Origin: an uncultured Chloroflexia bacterium
Lineage (GTDB): Bacteria; Chloroflexota; Limnocylindria; Limnocylindrales; CSP1-4
NCBI GenBank assembly: GCA_963738685.1
Contig: CAVTXK010000002.1
Span: forward strand, 1,042,602 to 1,106,601
Reading direction: 5' to 3'
DNA length: 64,000 nt
Under the pieces are notes generated by a model that was not told the origin of the DNA, made no database searches, and was given only the letters and a program-made list of their open reading frames with translations. Made by a program: the position numbers and the translations under genes. Shown here piece after piece: positions 8,678 to 18,407 of the stretch (positions are counted from its first letter, which is position 1; every line of letters starts with the position of its first letter).

Positions 8678-9420
8678 GCCGCATCGCGGCCCTGTCCGAC
8701 ATCCACGGCAATGCGACCGCGCTCGAGGCCGTGCTCGCGGACGTCGCCAAGGTCAAGCCTGATGCCGTGCTGGTCGCCGGCGACCTCGTCCTCAACGGCC
8801 CGGAGCCCGCGCTCGTGGTCGACGTCCTGCGCAGTCTCGCGGACGACGGTGCGCTCGTGGTCGGGGGCAACACCGACATCGCCGCCGCCGACTTCGACTA
8901 CGCCGCCGCGTTCCCGTGGATGACCGACGGGGTCCCGGATGCGATCGTGGATGCCGCGGAATGGGCGCATGACGCACTCGGAGCGGAGCGCCTCGATTGG
9001 TTGCGCCGCCTCCCCTCGGAGCGCCGCTGGCGCGCCGACGACGACACGCTCGTGCTCGTCTGCCACGGCTCGCCGGGGTCGCAGACCGCCGGCTTCGATC
9101 AGGGCCTCGAGGCGTCCGTGACCATCGAACGGGTCGCCCGGACCGATGCCCGGGTCATCGTCTGCGGCCACACCCACCTGCCCGAGGTGCGCGATCTCGG
9201 CTGGAAGATCATCGTCAACGACGGATCGGCGGGCTACGTCTTCGATGGCGACCCGACCGCCTCGTGGGCCCTCATCGACATCGAAGACGGCGCGGTCAGC
9301 GCCGAGATCCGGCGCACGACGTTCGATGTGCTGTCCGTGGCCAATGCGATCTCGGCCCGCGGACTGGCCGGGGACGTGTACCGGGCCGCAACGGTCCGCA
9401 CCGGGAAGCTCGTCCGATGA
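8674..9420 (+). CDS. metallophosphoesterase (calcineurin-like, YfcE-type)
   Basis: Frame of ORF 8362..9420; the ATG at 8674 overlaps the fabZ stop (ATGA). Motifs SDIHGN, AGDLVLNG, GGNTD, VCHGSP and CGHTH. Confidence 0.8.
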   Translation: MSRIAALSDIHGNATALEAVLADVAKVKPDAVLVAGDLVLNGPEPALVVDVLRSLADDGALVVGGNTDIAAADFDYAAAFPWMTDGVPDAIVDAAEWAHDALGAERLDWLRRLPSERRWRADDDTLVLVCHGSPGSQTAGFDQGLEASVTIERVARTDARVIVCGHTHLPEVRDLGWKIIVNDGSAGYVFDGDPTASWALIDIEDGAVSAEIRRTTFDVLSVANAISARGLAGDVYRAATVRTGKLVR

Positions 9421-10670
9421 CCGATCGCCGCGTGGTCGTGACCGGGATGGGCATGCTGACGGCGCTCGGCAATGACGTGGCGAGCACCTGGGACGGCTTG
9501 CTCGCGGGACGGTCGGGCGTCACGACCATCGATGCCTTCGATCCGTCTCGGCTCAGCGTGCGGGTGGCCGCCCAGGTGCGCGACTTCGACTCCAGCCGCG
9601 TCCTCGACCGCAAGGACCAGCGCCGGACCGACCGGTACATCCAGTTCGGGCTCGTCGCCGCGCGCCAGGCGATGGACCAGGCCGGACTCCCGGACCGCCT
9701 CGAGGGCACGCTCGCCGAGCGCACCGGGGCGATCCTCGGGACCGGCCTGGGGGGTGTCGGGACCCTCAACGACGGCTTCTCGACCAACGCCCTGCGTGGG
9801 CCGGACCGCATCAGCCCGTTCCTCATCCCGATGGGGATCCCCAACACCGGTGCCGGCCAGATCGCCATCAACTTCGGGATGACCGGTCCCAACTTTGCGA
9901 CGGTCTCCGCCTGTGCGACCGGTGGCCATGCGATCGGCGAGGCCTCCGAGACCATCCGGCGCGACGACGCGGACATCATGATCGCGGGTGGCACCGAGGC
10001 CGGGATCTACGAAGCCCTCGTCGGCGGGTTCGCCGCGATGCGTGCGCTTTCGACGCGCAACGAGGATCCGACGGCGGCTTCCCGTCCGTTCGACACCGGC
10101 CGGGACGGCTTCGTGGTCGGTGAGGGTGCCGGCGTCCTCGTCCTGGAGGAGCTGGCCCACGCCCTGGCTCGTGGCGCGACGCCGCTGGCGGAGCTCGTCG
10201 GCTACGGCGCGACGGCGGATGCCTCGCACATCACGTTGCCCGCTCCCGGTGGTATCGGCGCGGTCCGGGCGGCGCGCCGGGCGCTCGTGAAAGCCGGACT
10301 CGAGCCGTCCGACGTCGATCATGTGAACGCGCATGCGACCTCGACACCGGAGGGCGACAAGGCCGAGCTGCAGGCCATCAAGACGATCCTCGGCGAGCAT
10401 GCCGCCGACGTGCCGATCACGGCCAACAAGTCGATGCTCGGGCACACCCTGGGCGCGGCCGGGGCGATCGAGGCCATCGCCACGGTCCTCACGATCCGCG
10501 AGGGCTGCGTCCCGCCGACGATCAACCTGACCGATGCGGACCCCGAGGCCGAAGGGCTCGAGATCGTCACCGGCCAGGCCGCGAGGCGCGACATCGCCGT
10601 CGGCCTTTCCAATTCGTTCGGGTTCGGCGGCCAGAACACGGCCCTCGTCTTCCGGCGGTGGAGCGAATGA
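9417..10670 (+). CDS. fabF: beta-ketoacyl-ACP synthase II
   Basis: Frame of ORF 8997..10670; ATG at 9417 (ATGA overlap). Has RRVVVTGMGMLTALG, active-site Cys in TVSACATGGHAIG, and His residues in NAHATSTPEGD and KSMLGHTLGAAG. Confidence 0.93.
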   Translation: MTDRRVVVTGMGMLTALGNDVASTWDGLLAGRSGVTTIDAFDPSRLSVRVAAQVRDFDSSRVLDRKDQRRTDRYIQFGLVAARQAMDQAGLPDRLEGTLAERTGAILGTGLGGVGTLNDGFSTNALRGPDRISPFLIPMGIPNTGAGQIAINFGMTGPNFATVSACATGGHAIGEASETIRRDDADIMIAGGTEAGIYEALVGGFAAMRALSTRNEDPTAASRPFDTGRDGFVVGEGAGVLVLEELAHALARGATPLAELVGYGATADASHITLPAPGGIGAVRAARRALVKAGLEPSDVDHVNAHATSTPEGDKAELQAIKTILGEHAADVPITANKSMLGHTLGAAGAIEAIATVLTIREGCVPPTINLTDADPEAEGLEIVTGQAARRDIAVGLSNSFGFGGQNTALVFRRWSE

Positions 10671-11257
10671 GCGACGAGCTCACTGGCTCCGAGGCGATCG
10701 ACGACCTGGCCGATGGCGCACCGCCGATGGCGGTCGGGCCAGGTCCGGATCCGGCCGCGCTCGCGCCGGTGCCTGCGCCACGTGACAGCGGCGACGTCGA
10801 CCTGCTCGGGCTCATCGACCGGCTCGCCGTGCTCCTGGATCGCTCCGACCTGACCGAACTCGAGGTGGAGTCGGGAGGCACGGCCCTGGTCCTGCGCAAG
10901 CCGGCGGCGCTTCCCCCGCCGCTGAGCGCCGTCCCCGTGTCCACGGCCTCGGCCGGAGCGGCGTCGGACCCCTCCGCCCCCGCCGCAGCCGCCAACACCA
11001 CGGCCGTCGTCGATGCCCGACCCTCGGTGAAGGCGCCGCTGACCGGGATCTTCTATGCCTCCCCGGCGCCCGGCTCGGCCCCGTACGTCGCGGTCGGGCG
11101 TGAGGTCGCCGTCGGCCAGGTCATCGGCCTGATCGAGGCGATGAAGCTGTTCAACGAGATCAAGTCGGACCTTGCCGGACGGGTCGTCCGGGTCGTGCCG
11201 GAGAGCGGCACGCTGGTCAAGGCGAAGCAGCCGCTCATCGAGGTGGAACCCCTGTGA
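10667..11257 (+). CDS. accB: acetyl-CoA carboxylase biotin carboxyl carrier protein (canonical)
   Basis: ATG at 10667 overlaps the fabF stop. The C-terminus VKAPLTGIFYASPAPG..VGQVIGLIEAMKLFNEIKSDLAGRV carries the conserved EAMK biotinylation motif. Confidence 0.9.
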   Translation: MSDELTGSEAIDDLADGAPPMAVGPGPDPAALAPVPAPRDSGDVDLLGLIDRLAVLLDRSDLTELEVESGGTALVLRKPAALPPPLSAVPVSTASAGAASDPSAPAAAANTTAVVDARPSVKAPLTGIFYASPAPGSAPYVAVGREVAVGQVIGLIEAMKLFNEIKSDLAGRVVRVVPESGTLVKAKQPLIEVEPL

Positions 11258-12459
11258 ACGCCCCCCTCCCGCAGCAGCGTCGCGCCCACGTCACCGGCTG
11301 GGGCCGGTACGTGCCGTCGCAGGTCCTCACGAACCACGACCTCGAGCGCATGGTCGACACCAACGACGAATGGATCGTCGCGCGCACGGGCATCCGCGAG
11401 CGACGAGTCGCGGCCGCGCACGAGACGACCGCCTCGATGGCCGCGGTCGCCTCGATGCGGGCCATCCGCACGGCGGGTATCGAGCCCGACGACATCGACC
11501 TCATCCTCCTGGCGACGCTCACGCCCGATTACTGGATGCCGTCGACGGCGGCGCTGGTCAAGGAGGCCATCGGCAACACGAAGGCCGCGGCGATGGACGT
11601 TGCGGCAGCCTGTTCCGGGTTCGTCTACGCCTACGCCTCGGCCCAGGCGTACATCGCGAGCGGGATGGCGACGCACGTCCTCGTCATCGGCGCAGAGCTG
11701 CTCACGCGCTTCCTCGACTACACCGACCGCAGCACCTGCATCCTCTTCGGAGATGGAGCGGGAGCCGTCGTGCTGTCGGCCAGCGACGACCCGGGCGGCG
11801 GCCTCGGCATCGAGATGACGACGGACCCGCAGGGCGCCTACATGATCTGGCTGCCGGCGGGTGGCGCGAAGAGCCCGCCCTCGGCCGAGACCATCGCCCG
11901 CGGCGAGCACTACATCCGGATGGAGGGCAAGGAGACGTACCGGTTCGCCACGAAGACCATGGCGACGACGGCGCTCGAGAGCGTCCGCCGGTCCGGACTG
12001 GATCCGTCGGACATCGCGTTGTTCATCCCGCATCAGGCCAACATCCGCATCGTCGAGGCGGTGGCGAAGGGCCTTGACCTGCCGATGGAGCGGATGTACG
12101 TGAACCTCGACAAGTACGGCAACACCTCGGCCGCGTCGGTGCCGATCGCCCTGGCCGAGGCGGTCAACGAGGGCCGCGTCCAGGTCGGCGACAACGTCGT
12201 GCTCGTGGCCTTCGGGGCCGGGTTCACGAGCGGCGCCGTCACGATCCAATGGACCGCCGATCCGGCCCGCGGCATCGCCGGCGATGCCGCGGTCGACCCG
12301 GACGAGATCCACGTCCGGCTGCCGGTCGACTGGGACTCGGTCGACCCGATCCCCGATGCCCTGGCCGCGATCATGGCCCAGCCGGGCGGCCTCGACATCC
12401 CGCTCGACGACGTCGCGCCGGGTGAGCCGGAGCCGGCCCACAAGGAGGTCCACGCATGA
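11254..12459 (+). CDS. fabH: beta-ketoacyl-ACP synthase III with a roughly 70-aa C-terminal extension
   Basis: Has GWGRYVPSQVLTNHDLERMVDTNDEWIVARTGIRERR, Cys in AACSGFVYA, His in PHQANIRI and Asn in YGNTSAAS. The extra tail after ..GAVTIQW keeps high GC3 up to the stop, which overlaps the fabG start. Confidence 0.9.
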   Translation: MNAPLPQQRRAHVTGWGRYVPSQVLTNHDLERMVDTNDEWIVARTGIRERRVAAAHETTASMAAVASMRAIRTAGIEPDDIDLILLATLTPDYWMPSTAALVKEAIGNTKAAAMDVAAACSGFVYAYASAQAYIASGMATHVLVIGAELLTRFLDYTDRSTCILFGDGAGAVVLSASDDPGGGLGIEMTTDPQGAYMIWLPAGGAKSPPSAETIARGEHYIRMEGKETYRFATKTMATTALESVRRSGLDPSDIALFIPHQANIRIVEAVAKGLDLPMERMYVNLDKYGNTSAASVPIALAEAVNEGRVQVGDNVVLVAFGAGFTSGAVTIQWTADPARGIAGDAAVDPDEIHVRLPVDWDSVDPIPDALAAIMAQPGGLDIPLDDVAPGEPEPAHKEVHA

Positions 12460-13205
12460 TCGACCTGACCGGCCGGTCGGCGCTGGTGACCGGTGGGTCG
12501 CGCGGCATCGGCAAGGCGATCGCGCTGCGCTTGGCGGGCCAGGGGGCCGACGTCGCCTTCAGCTACAAGGGCAACGCCGCCGCGGCCGCCGAGACGACGG
12601 CCGCGATCGAGGGGCTCGGTCGCCGGGCGCTGGCGATCCAGGGCGATGTCGCGGACGCGGAGGCGGCCGACGGCGTCGTCAAGGCGGCCCTCGAGGCGTT
12701 CGGCAAGCTGGACATCCTCGTCAACAACGCCGGCATCACCCGCGACGACCTGATCATGCGGATGAGCGTCGAGGCCTGGCGCGAGGTCCTCGAGACGAAC
12801 CTGTTCGGGGCCTTCTTCATGACCAAGGCCGTGACCCGGCCGATGCTCAAGGCCCGTGGCGGCCGGATCATCAACATCACGTCGGTCTCCGGCCAGGCCG
12901 GCCAGACCGGACAGGCCAACTACAGCGCCGCGAAGGCCGGGCTCATCGGTCTGACCAAGGCCACGGCCCGCGAGCTCGCCTCGCGGGGCATCACGGTCAA
13001 CGCGGTCGCGCCGGGGTTCGTGCTGACCGAGCTGACCCAGGACCTGCCCGACGCGCTCAAGGACGAGATCACGTCCCGGACGCCGCTGGGCCGTTTCGGC
13101 ACGACCGAGGAGATCGCCAACGCCGTCGCGTTCCTCGCCTCCGACGAGGCGGGGTACATCACCGGGCAGGTGCTTGCGGTCGACGGCGGCCTGGTGATGA
13201 TGTGA
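12456..13205 (+). CDS. fabG: 3-oxoacyl-ACP reductase
   Basis: 249-aa SDR with TGGSRGIGKAIA, NNAGI and the catalytic YSAAKAG. Confidence 0.93.
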   Translation: MIDLTGRSALVTGGSRGIGKAIALRLAGQGADVAFSYKGNAAAAAETTAAIEGLGRRALAIQGDVADAEAADGVVKAALEAFGKLDILVNNAGITRDDLIMRMSVEAWREVLETNLFGAFFMTKAVTRPMLKARGGRIINITSVSGQAGQTGQANYSAAKAGLIGLTKATARELASRGITVNAVAPGFVLTELTQDLPDALKDEITSRTPLGRFGTTEEIANAVAFLASDEAGYITGQVLAVDGGLVMM

Positions 13206-13274
13206 TGGAGGCCCAGCCCTGACCGGTACCTTCGGATGGGTCCGGTGATGTTCGGTGCAGTCCAGAATGCGGGC

Positions 13275-14420
13275 ATGCACCGCCTTCCCGTCACCGGTGG
13301 CCGCCCGCCTGCGGTTCGCCCCTTTCTGACCGCCGTCCTGGTGGTGCTGCTCGTCGCTGCCTGCGGCGGGGTGGCTCCGACCGAGACGCCGGTCGTCGTC
13401 GTCACGCAGACGGCCGTGCCGACCGCCAGCCCGACGCCGACGCCGTCACCGACGCCCGAACCGACCCCGAGCCCCACGCCGACGCCGACGCCGGCCCCAC
13501 CCGTGGTCGGCGCGCTGGATGGGCTGCCCGTCGCTCCGGCGAAGGCGACCCGCCTGCCGCTCGCCGTGCTCATCGATGACGCGCGGCGCGCCCGCCCGCA
13601 GTCGGGCTTCAACGCCGCCTCGGTCGTCTACCAGGCACCGGCGGACGGCTTCGAGACCCGCTACATGATGGTGTTCCAATCCCTGGATGCGAAGGACATC
13701 GGGCCGGTCCGCAGCGGCCGGATGTACTTCGTCCACTGGGCCGAGGAGGTGCACGCGGCGATCGCCCATTACGGCGGCGACTGGAAGACGCATCAGTACC
13801 TCGATCGCTACAACGGGCGCTGGTTCACCGACGTCAATGCGCTCGGCAGGGGCGCCAAGGCCTTCCATCGGATCAAGTCCCGCCGTGCCCCGCACAACGG
13901 CTACACGAACACCAGGGCGCTGTGGGCGCAGGTCAAGCGGCTCAAGGGCCCGGCGAAGATGGACGCGACCCTGGCCCGGCGCACGTTCATCGACCCGCTG
14001 CCCGCCGCGGACCGACCCGCGACGCAGACCATCCGCATCCCGTACAGCACGAACGTCATCAGCTATCGCTACGACCGCAAGTCCGGCATGTATCGCCGCT
14101 CGGTCGACGGCGCTGCCCAGATCGATCCGGCCGACGGCAAGCGGGTCACGACCCGCAACGTCGTGGTGCTGTTCATGCCGTATCGGGTCGACTCGACCAT
14201 CGAGCCCGGCCACGCGCGCCCGGTCGTCGGTTCGGTCGGCAGTGGCAAGGCCTGGGTGTACCGCGAGGGCTCGATCGTGCAGGGCCGGTGGGAGAAGCCG
14301 ACCGACACCTCGCTGACGCGACTCGTCGACAAGAACGGGAAGGAGATCCCGCTGGTCCGGGGTCGGACGTTCTTCCAGATCGTGCCCAAGGGCACCAAGG
14401 TGACCCACAAGTCGTCATAG
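13275..14420 (+). CDS. DUF3048-like secreted lipoprotein
   Basis: Signal peptide plus lipobox (LLVAACGG), then a PT-rich linker (PTPTPSPTPEPTPSPTPTPTPAPP). The body has VLIDDARRARPQSGFNAASVVYQAPADGFETRYMMVF..GPVRSGRMYFVHWA, which I recall as typical of the YerB/DUF3048 family. Start is uncertain; 13236 and 13248 are also possible. Confidence 0.7.
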   Translation: MHRLPVTGGRPPAVRPFLTAVLVVLLVAACGGVAPTETPVVVVTQTAVPTASPTPTPSPTPEPTPSPTPTPTPAPPVVGALDGLPVAPAKATRLPLAVLIDDARRARPQSGFNAASVVYQAPADGFETRYMMVFQSLDAKDIGPVRSGRMYFVHWAEEVHAAIAHYGGDWKTHQYLDRYNGRWFTDVNALGRGAKAFHRIKSRRAPHNGYTNTRALWAQVKRLKGPAKMDATLARRTFIDPLPAADRPATQTIRIPYSTNVISYRYDRKSGMYRRSVDGAAQIDPADGKRVTTRNVVVLFMPYRVDSTIEPGHARPVVGSVGSGKAWVYREGSIVQGRWEKPTDTSLTRLVDKNGKEIPLVRGRTFFQIVPKGTKVTHKSS

Positions 14421-14496
14421 GGCGGTTCCGCATCGTCGCCGACCCCTGACGGCCGACGGCGCGACCGATGGTAGACTTCCGCGCGACTTGAGAACC

Positions 14497-15867
14497 ATGG
14501 CTCACCAACCGTCCACGCGGCGCGAACGATCGCCGCACGTCGCGGCGTTCCTGTCGTTCCTCTGGCCGGGCCTCGGTCATTGGTACGGCGGCCGAGCGCG
14601 CGCGGCGATCCTGTTCGCCGTGCCCGTCTTCGGGATCCTCCTGCTCGTCCTGATCCAGATGGCCGGCGGCCTGGGCCAGGTCGCGCAACTGTTGTTCACG
14701 CCCTCGTCCGCGCTGACGGTGCTCATCCTCGTCGGGCTGCTCGCGGTCTGGCGCCTGCTGGCCATCGTCGACTCGATGTCGACGGGCGGCATCAAGGACC
14801 CACTTCGCCATGCGCCGACACTGGCTACGTTCGGCGTGCTCGCACTGCTCGTGGTGCTGACCCATGGCGCCCTCGGCTACGCGGCCTGGGCGGCCTACGA
14901 CGCGAGCTCGCGGGTCTTCGTGAGCGATACGTCGCCGGATGTTTCGCCCGCCCCGATCGTCGCGCCGGGCCAGACCGTCCCCCCGGATGACGAGTACAAC
15001 GCGAAGCCGGAGGCCACGCCCGAGACCGCCGAAGCGCGCATCAACATCCTCCTCACCGGGATCGACTCCGCGGAGAGCCGATCGACATCGTTGACCGACA
15101 CGATCCTCGTGGCCAGCGTCGATCCGACCACCGGACATGTGGCGCTCATCAGCTTCCCGCGTGACATCACCCAGTTCCCGCTCTACGACGGGCGGACGTA
15201 CACCGGCAAGATCAACTCGTTCATGACGTACGCCCGCAACCACAAGGACGAGTTCCCCGACGGCCCGCTGCACGCGCTGGTCAAGGAGGTCGGCTTCCTC
15301 CTCGGCGCGCCGGTCCACTATTACGCGGCGATCGACCTGGCCGGCTTCCGCCGGATGATCGACCTCGTGGGCGGCGTGACCATCGACAATCCGCGCGCGA
15401 TCAACGATCCACGCTACAACTGGCTCGACGGCGAGCACGGGTTCCGGCTGAGCGCCGGGGAGCACCGCCTCGATGGCCGGACGGCGCTGGCCTACGTCCG
15501 GTCGCGTCAGGGTGCCGGGGACAACGACTTCAATCGCGCCCGACGCCAGCAGCAGGTCCTCCTGGCCCTCCGTGAGCAACTCACCCAGCCCGACGTGCTG
15601 CCCCAGATCCCCGACCTGCTCGACGCGGCCGGCGATACCATCCGAACGAATTTCCCATCGGACCGTGTCGGCGAGATGATCGACCTCGCGCAGCGGATCG
15701 ACACCGACACCGTGACCCAGGTCGTGCTCGGACCCCGCAAGTACGCGTCCGTCCCGCCGCCGTCGGAGACCGGCGGGATCTACGAGCTCCGGCTGAACAT
15801 GGACGCCCTGGCCAAGCTGTCGATCGAGATCTTCGGCGACGCGAGCACGTACGCCGCCAGCGACTAG
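14497..15867 (+). CDS. LytR-CpsA-Psr (LCP) family glycopolymer transferase
   Basis: N-terminal TM helices, then INILLTGIDSAESRSTSLTDTILVASVDP..ISFPRDI and ALAYVRSRQGAGDNDFNRARRQQQVL. ATG at 14497; the track ORF starts at TTG 14488. Confidence 0.88.
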   Translation: MAHQPSTRRERSPHVAAFLSFLWPGLGHWYGGRARAAILFAVPVFGILLLVLIQMAGGLGQVAQLLFTPSSALTVLILVGLLAVWRLLAIVDSMSTGGIKDPLRHAPTLATFGVLALLVVLTHGALGYAAWAAYDASSRVFVSDTSPDVSPAPIVAPGQTVPPDDEYNAKPEATPETAEARINILLTGIDSAESRSTSLTDTILVASVDPTTGHVALISFPRDITQFPLYDGRTYTGKINSFMTYARNHKDEFPDGPLHALVKEVGFLLGAPVHYYAAIDLAGFRRMIDLVGGVTIDNPRAINDPRYNWLDGEHGFRLSAGEHRLDGRTALAYVRSRQGAGDNDFNRARRQQQVLLALREQLTQPDVLPQIPDLLDAAGDTIRTNFPSDRVGEMIDLAQRIDTDTVTQVVLGPRKYASVPPPSETGGIYELRLNMDALAKLSIEIFGDASTYAASD

Positions 15868-15895
15868 CCTGCCCCGGCGTTCGAGTGGGTTCGCC

Positions 15896-17296
15896 TCAGC
15901 GGCCCTGGAGCATCGCCGGGATCGTCCGGAGCATGATCTTGAGGTCCAGCCAGACCGACCAGCGGTCGATGTAGGCGAGGTCGAGCTCGACCCACCGATC
16001 GAAGTCCTCGTCGCGGCGCGCCTCCACTTGCCAGAGGCCCGTGATCCCCGGCTTCATCGACAGCCGGCGGCGGTGCCACAGGTCGTACATCGCGACCTCG
16101 CTCGGGAGCGGTGGCCGCGGCCCGACGAGACTCATCTCACCGCGTAGCACGTTCCATAGCTGGGGCAGCTCGTCGACGCTGGTCGCCCGCAGGATCCGAC
16201 CGGTGCGGGACAGGCGCGGGTCGTCGGTCAGCTTGAACGCGTGGCCCTTGATCTCGTTGCGTTCCTGGAGATCCGCCAGTCGTGCCTCGGCATCGGGCAC
16301 CATCGTGCGGAACTTGACCACCTGGAATGGCCGGCCATGCAAGCCGACCCGGGTCTGCCGGAACAGCACGGGACGGCCGTCCACGATCGCGACCACGAGC
16401 GCCACGATCGCGAGCACCGGGGACAGGATGAGCAGGGCCAGGCCGCCCAGCACGACATCGATGACGCGCTTGGTCAGGAACCCGAGGATGCGGTCCGGCC
16501 CGTAGACCAGCGAGAGGATCTTGCTCCCGTCGAAGTCCTCGAGCCGGCCACCGGCCAGGCTGACCGGAACCTCCCCGACCGGGATCCGGACGATCTTGCC
16601 CTCCTCCTCGCAGAGACGGGCGATCGGCTCGATGCGGCCCAGCTCATCGGCCGGCAGGCAGATCGCGACCTCATCGACGATCTGGTCGTGGAGGACGTCT
16701 TCGATGTCGTCCAGGGAGCCGAGGACCGGCCGGCGGCCGGCCGTCATGGCCCCGGGCCGGACGCTGAGGTGGCCGATGACCCGCAGCCCGAGCTCGCGGT
16801 GGCGCTCGACCCGGTCGGCGAACCGACGGGCCTCCTTGCCGGTCCCCACGACCAGCATGTAGCGCAGGATGTACCCACGGTCGCGGAGGCCGCGCAGCAG
16901 ACTCCGGATCGCGGCCCGGGAGACGACCGTGAGCACGACCTGGGCCAGGAGCAGCCAAAGGATGAACAGCCGGCTGACGTCCGGCAACTTGAGGACGAAC
17001 AGGGCCGAGAACGTGATCAGCCCGAGCAGGACACCGGCTCGCCCGACGTCGAGGATCTCGGAGCGCAGCGTCCAGCGCGCTCGCAGTCGGTACATGCCGA
17101 GGACCCACAACAGGCTGCCCCAGGCCGCCGCGTAGATCGCCGCCGCGATGGGCGCCTCGAGTTGCGCCTGCCGCCAGACCTCGAGCCAGGCGTCGCCGAA
17201 GCGGATCATGCTGATGACCACGAACAGGCCGAACGCGCTGGCGACGTCGGCGACGATGAGGGCCAGGTGCAGCGCGGCGGCGTGTCGGCGGATCAT
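15896..17296 (-). CDS. undecaprenyl-phosphate sugar phosphotransferase (WcaJ/WbaP-like priming enzyme)
   Basis: Multiple N-terminal TM helices and a C-terminal bacterial sugar-transferase domain (RPVLFRQTRVGLHGRPFQVVKFRTM..SLVGPRPPLP..KPGITGLWQV). The ATG at 17296 is chosen so as not to overlap the upstream gene; the track ORF extends to 17419. Confidence 0.88.
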   Translation of the reverse strand: MIRRHAAALHLALIVADVASAFGLFVVISMIRFGDAWLEVWRQAQLEAPIAAAIYAAAWGSLLWVLGMYRLRARWTLRSEILDVGRAGVLLGLITFSALFVLKLPDVSRLFILWLLLAQVVLTVVSRAAIRSLLRGLRDRGYILRYMLVVGTGKEARRFADRVERHRELGLRVIGHLSVRPGAMTAGRRPVLGSLDDIEDVLHDQIVDEVAICLPADELGRIEPIARLCEEEGKIVRIPVGEVPVSLAGGRLEDFDGSKILSLVYGPDRILGFLTKRVIDVVLGGLALLILSPVLAIVALVVAIVDGRPVLFRQTRVGLHGRPFQVVKFRTMVPDAEARLADLQERNEIKGHAFKLTDDPRLSRTGRILRATSVDELPQLWNVLRGEMSLVGPRPPLPSEVAMYDLWHRRRLSMKPGITGLWQVEARRDEDFDRWVELDLAYIDRWSVWLDLKIMLRTIPAMLQGR

Positions 17297-17345
17297 CGGG
17301 TCGGACGGGCCCCTCCGGACGGCGGCCGTAACGCTAAGCGTGCCA

Positions 17346-18407
17346 TCAGGCCAGCATCGACCAGCGAAGGAGGTCGTCGGCGGAGATGTCGACGGCGGCG
17401 GTCTGCCCCACGACCTCATCGTAATGGCGCGGCGAGATGCCGTGGGCGGGTCGCTTCCAGGTCAGGTCGTCGGGGGTGATGACGGTACCGGCTGGGATGT
17501 CGCGCGCGGCCACGAGGCTGCGCCTGGCGTGCTCGCGGGCCGGGGCCTCGCCGGGCAGGGCGGCCTTGTCGAACCGTCCCAGGATCGCCCACAGCTCGTC
17601 GAGGCGACGACCGAGGTCGGCCATGTCGCGCTGGTCCATCGCGTGATAGTGGTCGTTGCCGGGCAGCGTCTTGTCGTGGGTGAAGTGCTTCTCGATGATC
17701 GCGGCACCCAGTAGCGCGGCGGTCGTGGCCACGGTCATCTCCGCGTCGGGAACGGTGTGGTCCGAGTAGCCCGGGACAGCGTCCGGGAAGTGGCGGCGCA
17801 GGTCCAGGAGCATGCCGAGGTTCGCGTCGTGGTGGGCGGTCGGGTAATTGAGGATGCAGTGCAGGAGGGCGACCTGGTTGCCGTGCGCCCGGATGCGATC
17901 GACCGTCTGCCCGATCTCCCACAGGTCCGACGCCCCGGTGGACAGGAGGATCGGCTTGCCGTACCCGCACAGGATGTCGATGAACGGCAGGTTCGTCAGG
18001 TCCGAGGAGGAGACCTTGATGACGTCCATCAGGTCGGCGAGGTAGGCGGCCGACTCCACGTCGAAGGGCGTGCTCAGGAACTCGATCCCGGCCGTCTCGC
18101 AGTGGCGGGCCAGCGCTTCGTACTCGGCCGGGCCGAAGCTGTCGTACCGGCTGAACAGCTCGTGCTGGCTGGTGGTCGGCTCCTTGCTCGTGTCCCAGTA
18201 CGCGGGGCTGTTGCGCGCGGCGATCGTGTCCGCCTTGTAGGTCTGGAACTTGATCGCGTCTGCGCCCGAGCCGGCCGCCTCGTCGATGAGCCGCCGCGCC
18301 GTGTCCATCGAGCCCTCGTGGTTGACGCCGGCCTCGGCGATGATCGCCGGCCGGTGCAGGACGACCGACTCGGGCCGGTGCGCGGCGAACACCTCGATGA
18401 GTCTCAT
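17346..18407 (-). CDS. nonulosonic (sialic/pseudaminic/legionaminic) acid synthase, NeuB/SpsE family
   Basis: Has PAIIAEAGVNHEGSMDTARRLIDEAAGSGADAIKFQTYKADT and a C-terminal SAF-like domain (ARDIPAGTVITPDDLTWKRP). Sugar specificity cannot be assigned from sequence alone. Confidence 0.85.
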   Translation of the reverse strand: MRLIEVFAAHRPESVVLHRPAIIAEAGVNHEGSMDTARRLIDEAAGSGADAIKFQTYKADTIAARNSPAYWDTSKEPTTSQHELFSRYDSFGPAEYEALARHCETAGIEFLSTPFDVESAAYLADLMDVIKVSSSDLTNLPFIDILCGYGKPILLSTGASDLWEIGQTVDRIRAHGNQVALLHCILNYPTAHHDANLGMLLDLRRHFPDAVPGYSDHTVPDAEMTVATTAALLGAAIIEKHFTHDKTLPGNDHYHAMDQRDMADLGRRLDELWAILGRFDKAALPGEAPAREHARRSLVAARDIPAGTVITPDDLTWKRPAHGISPRHYDEVVGQTAAVDISADDLLRWSMLA

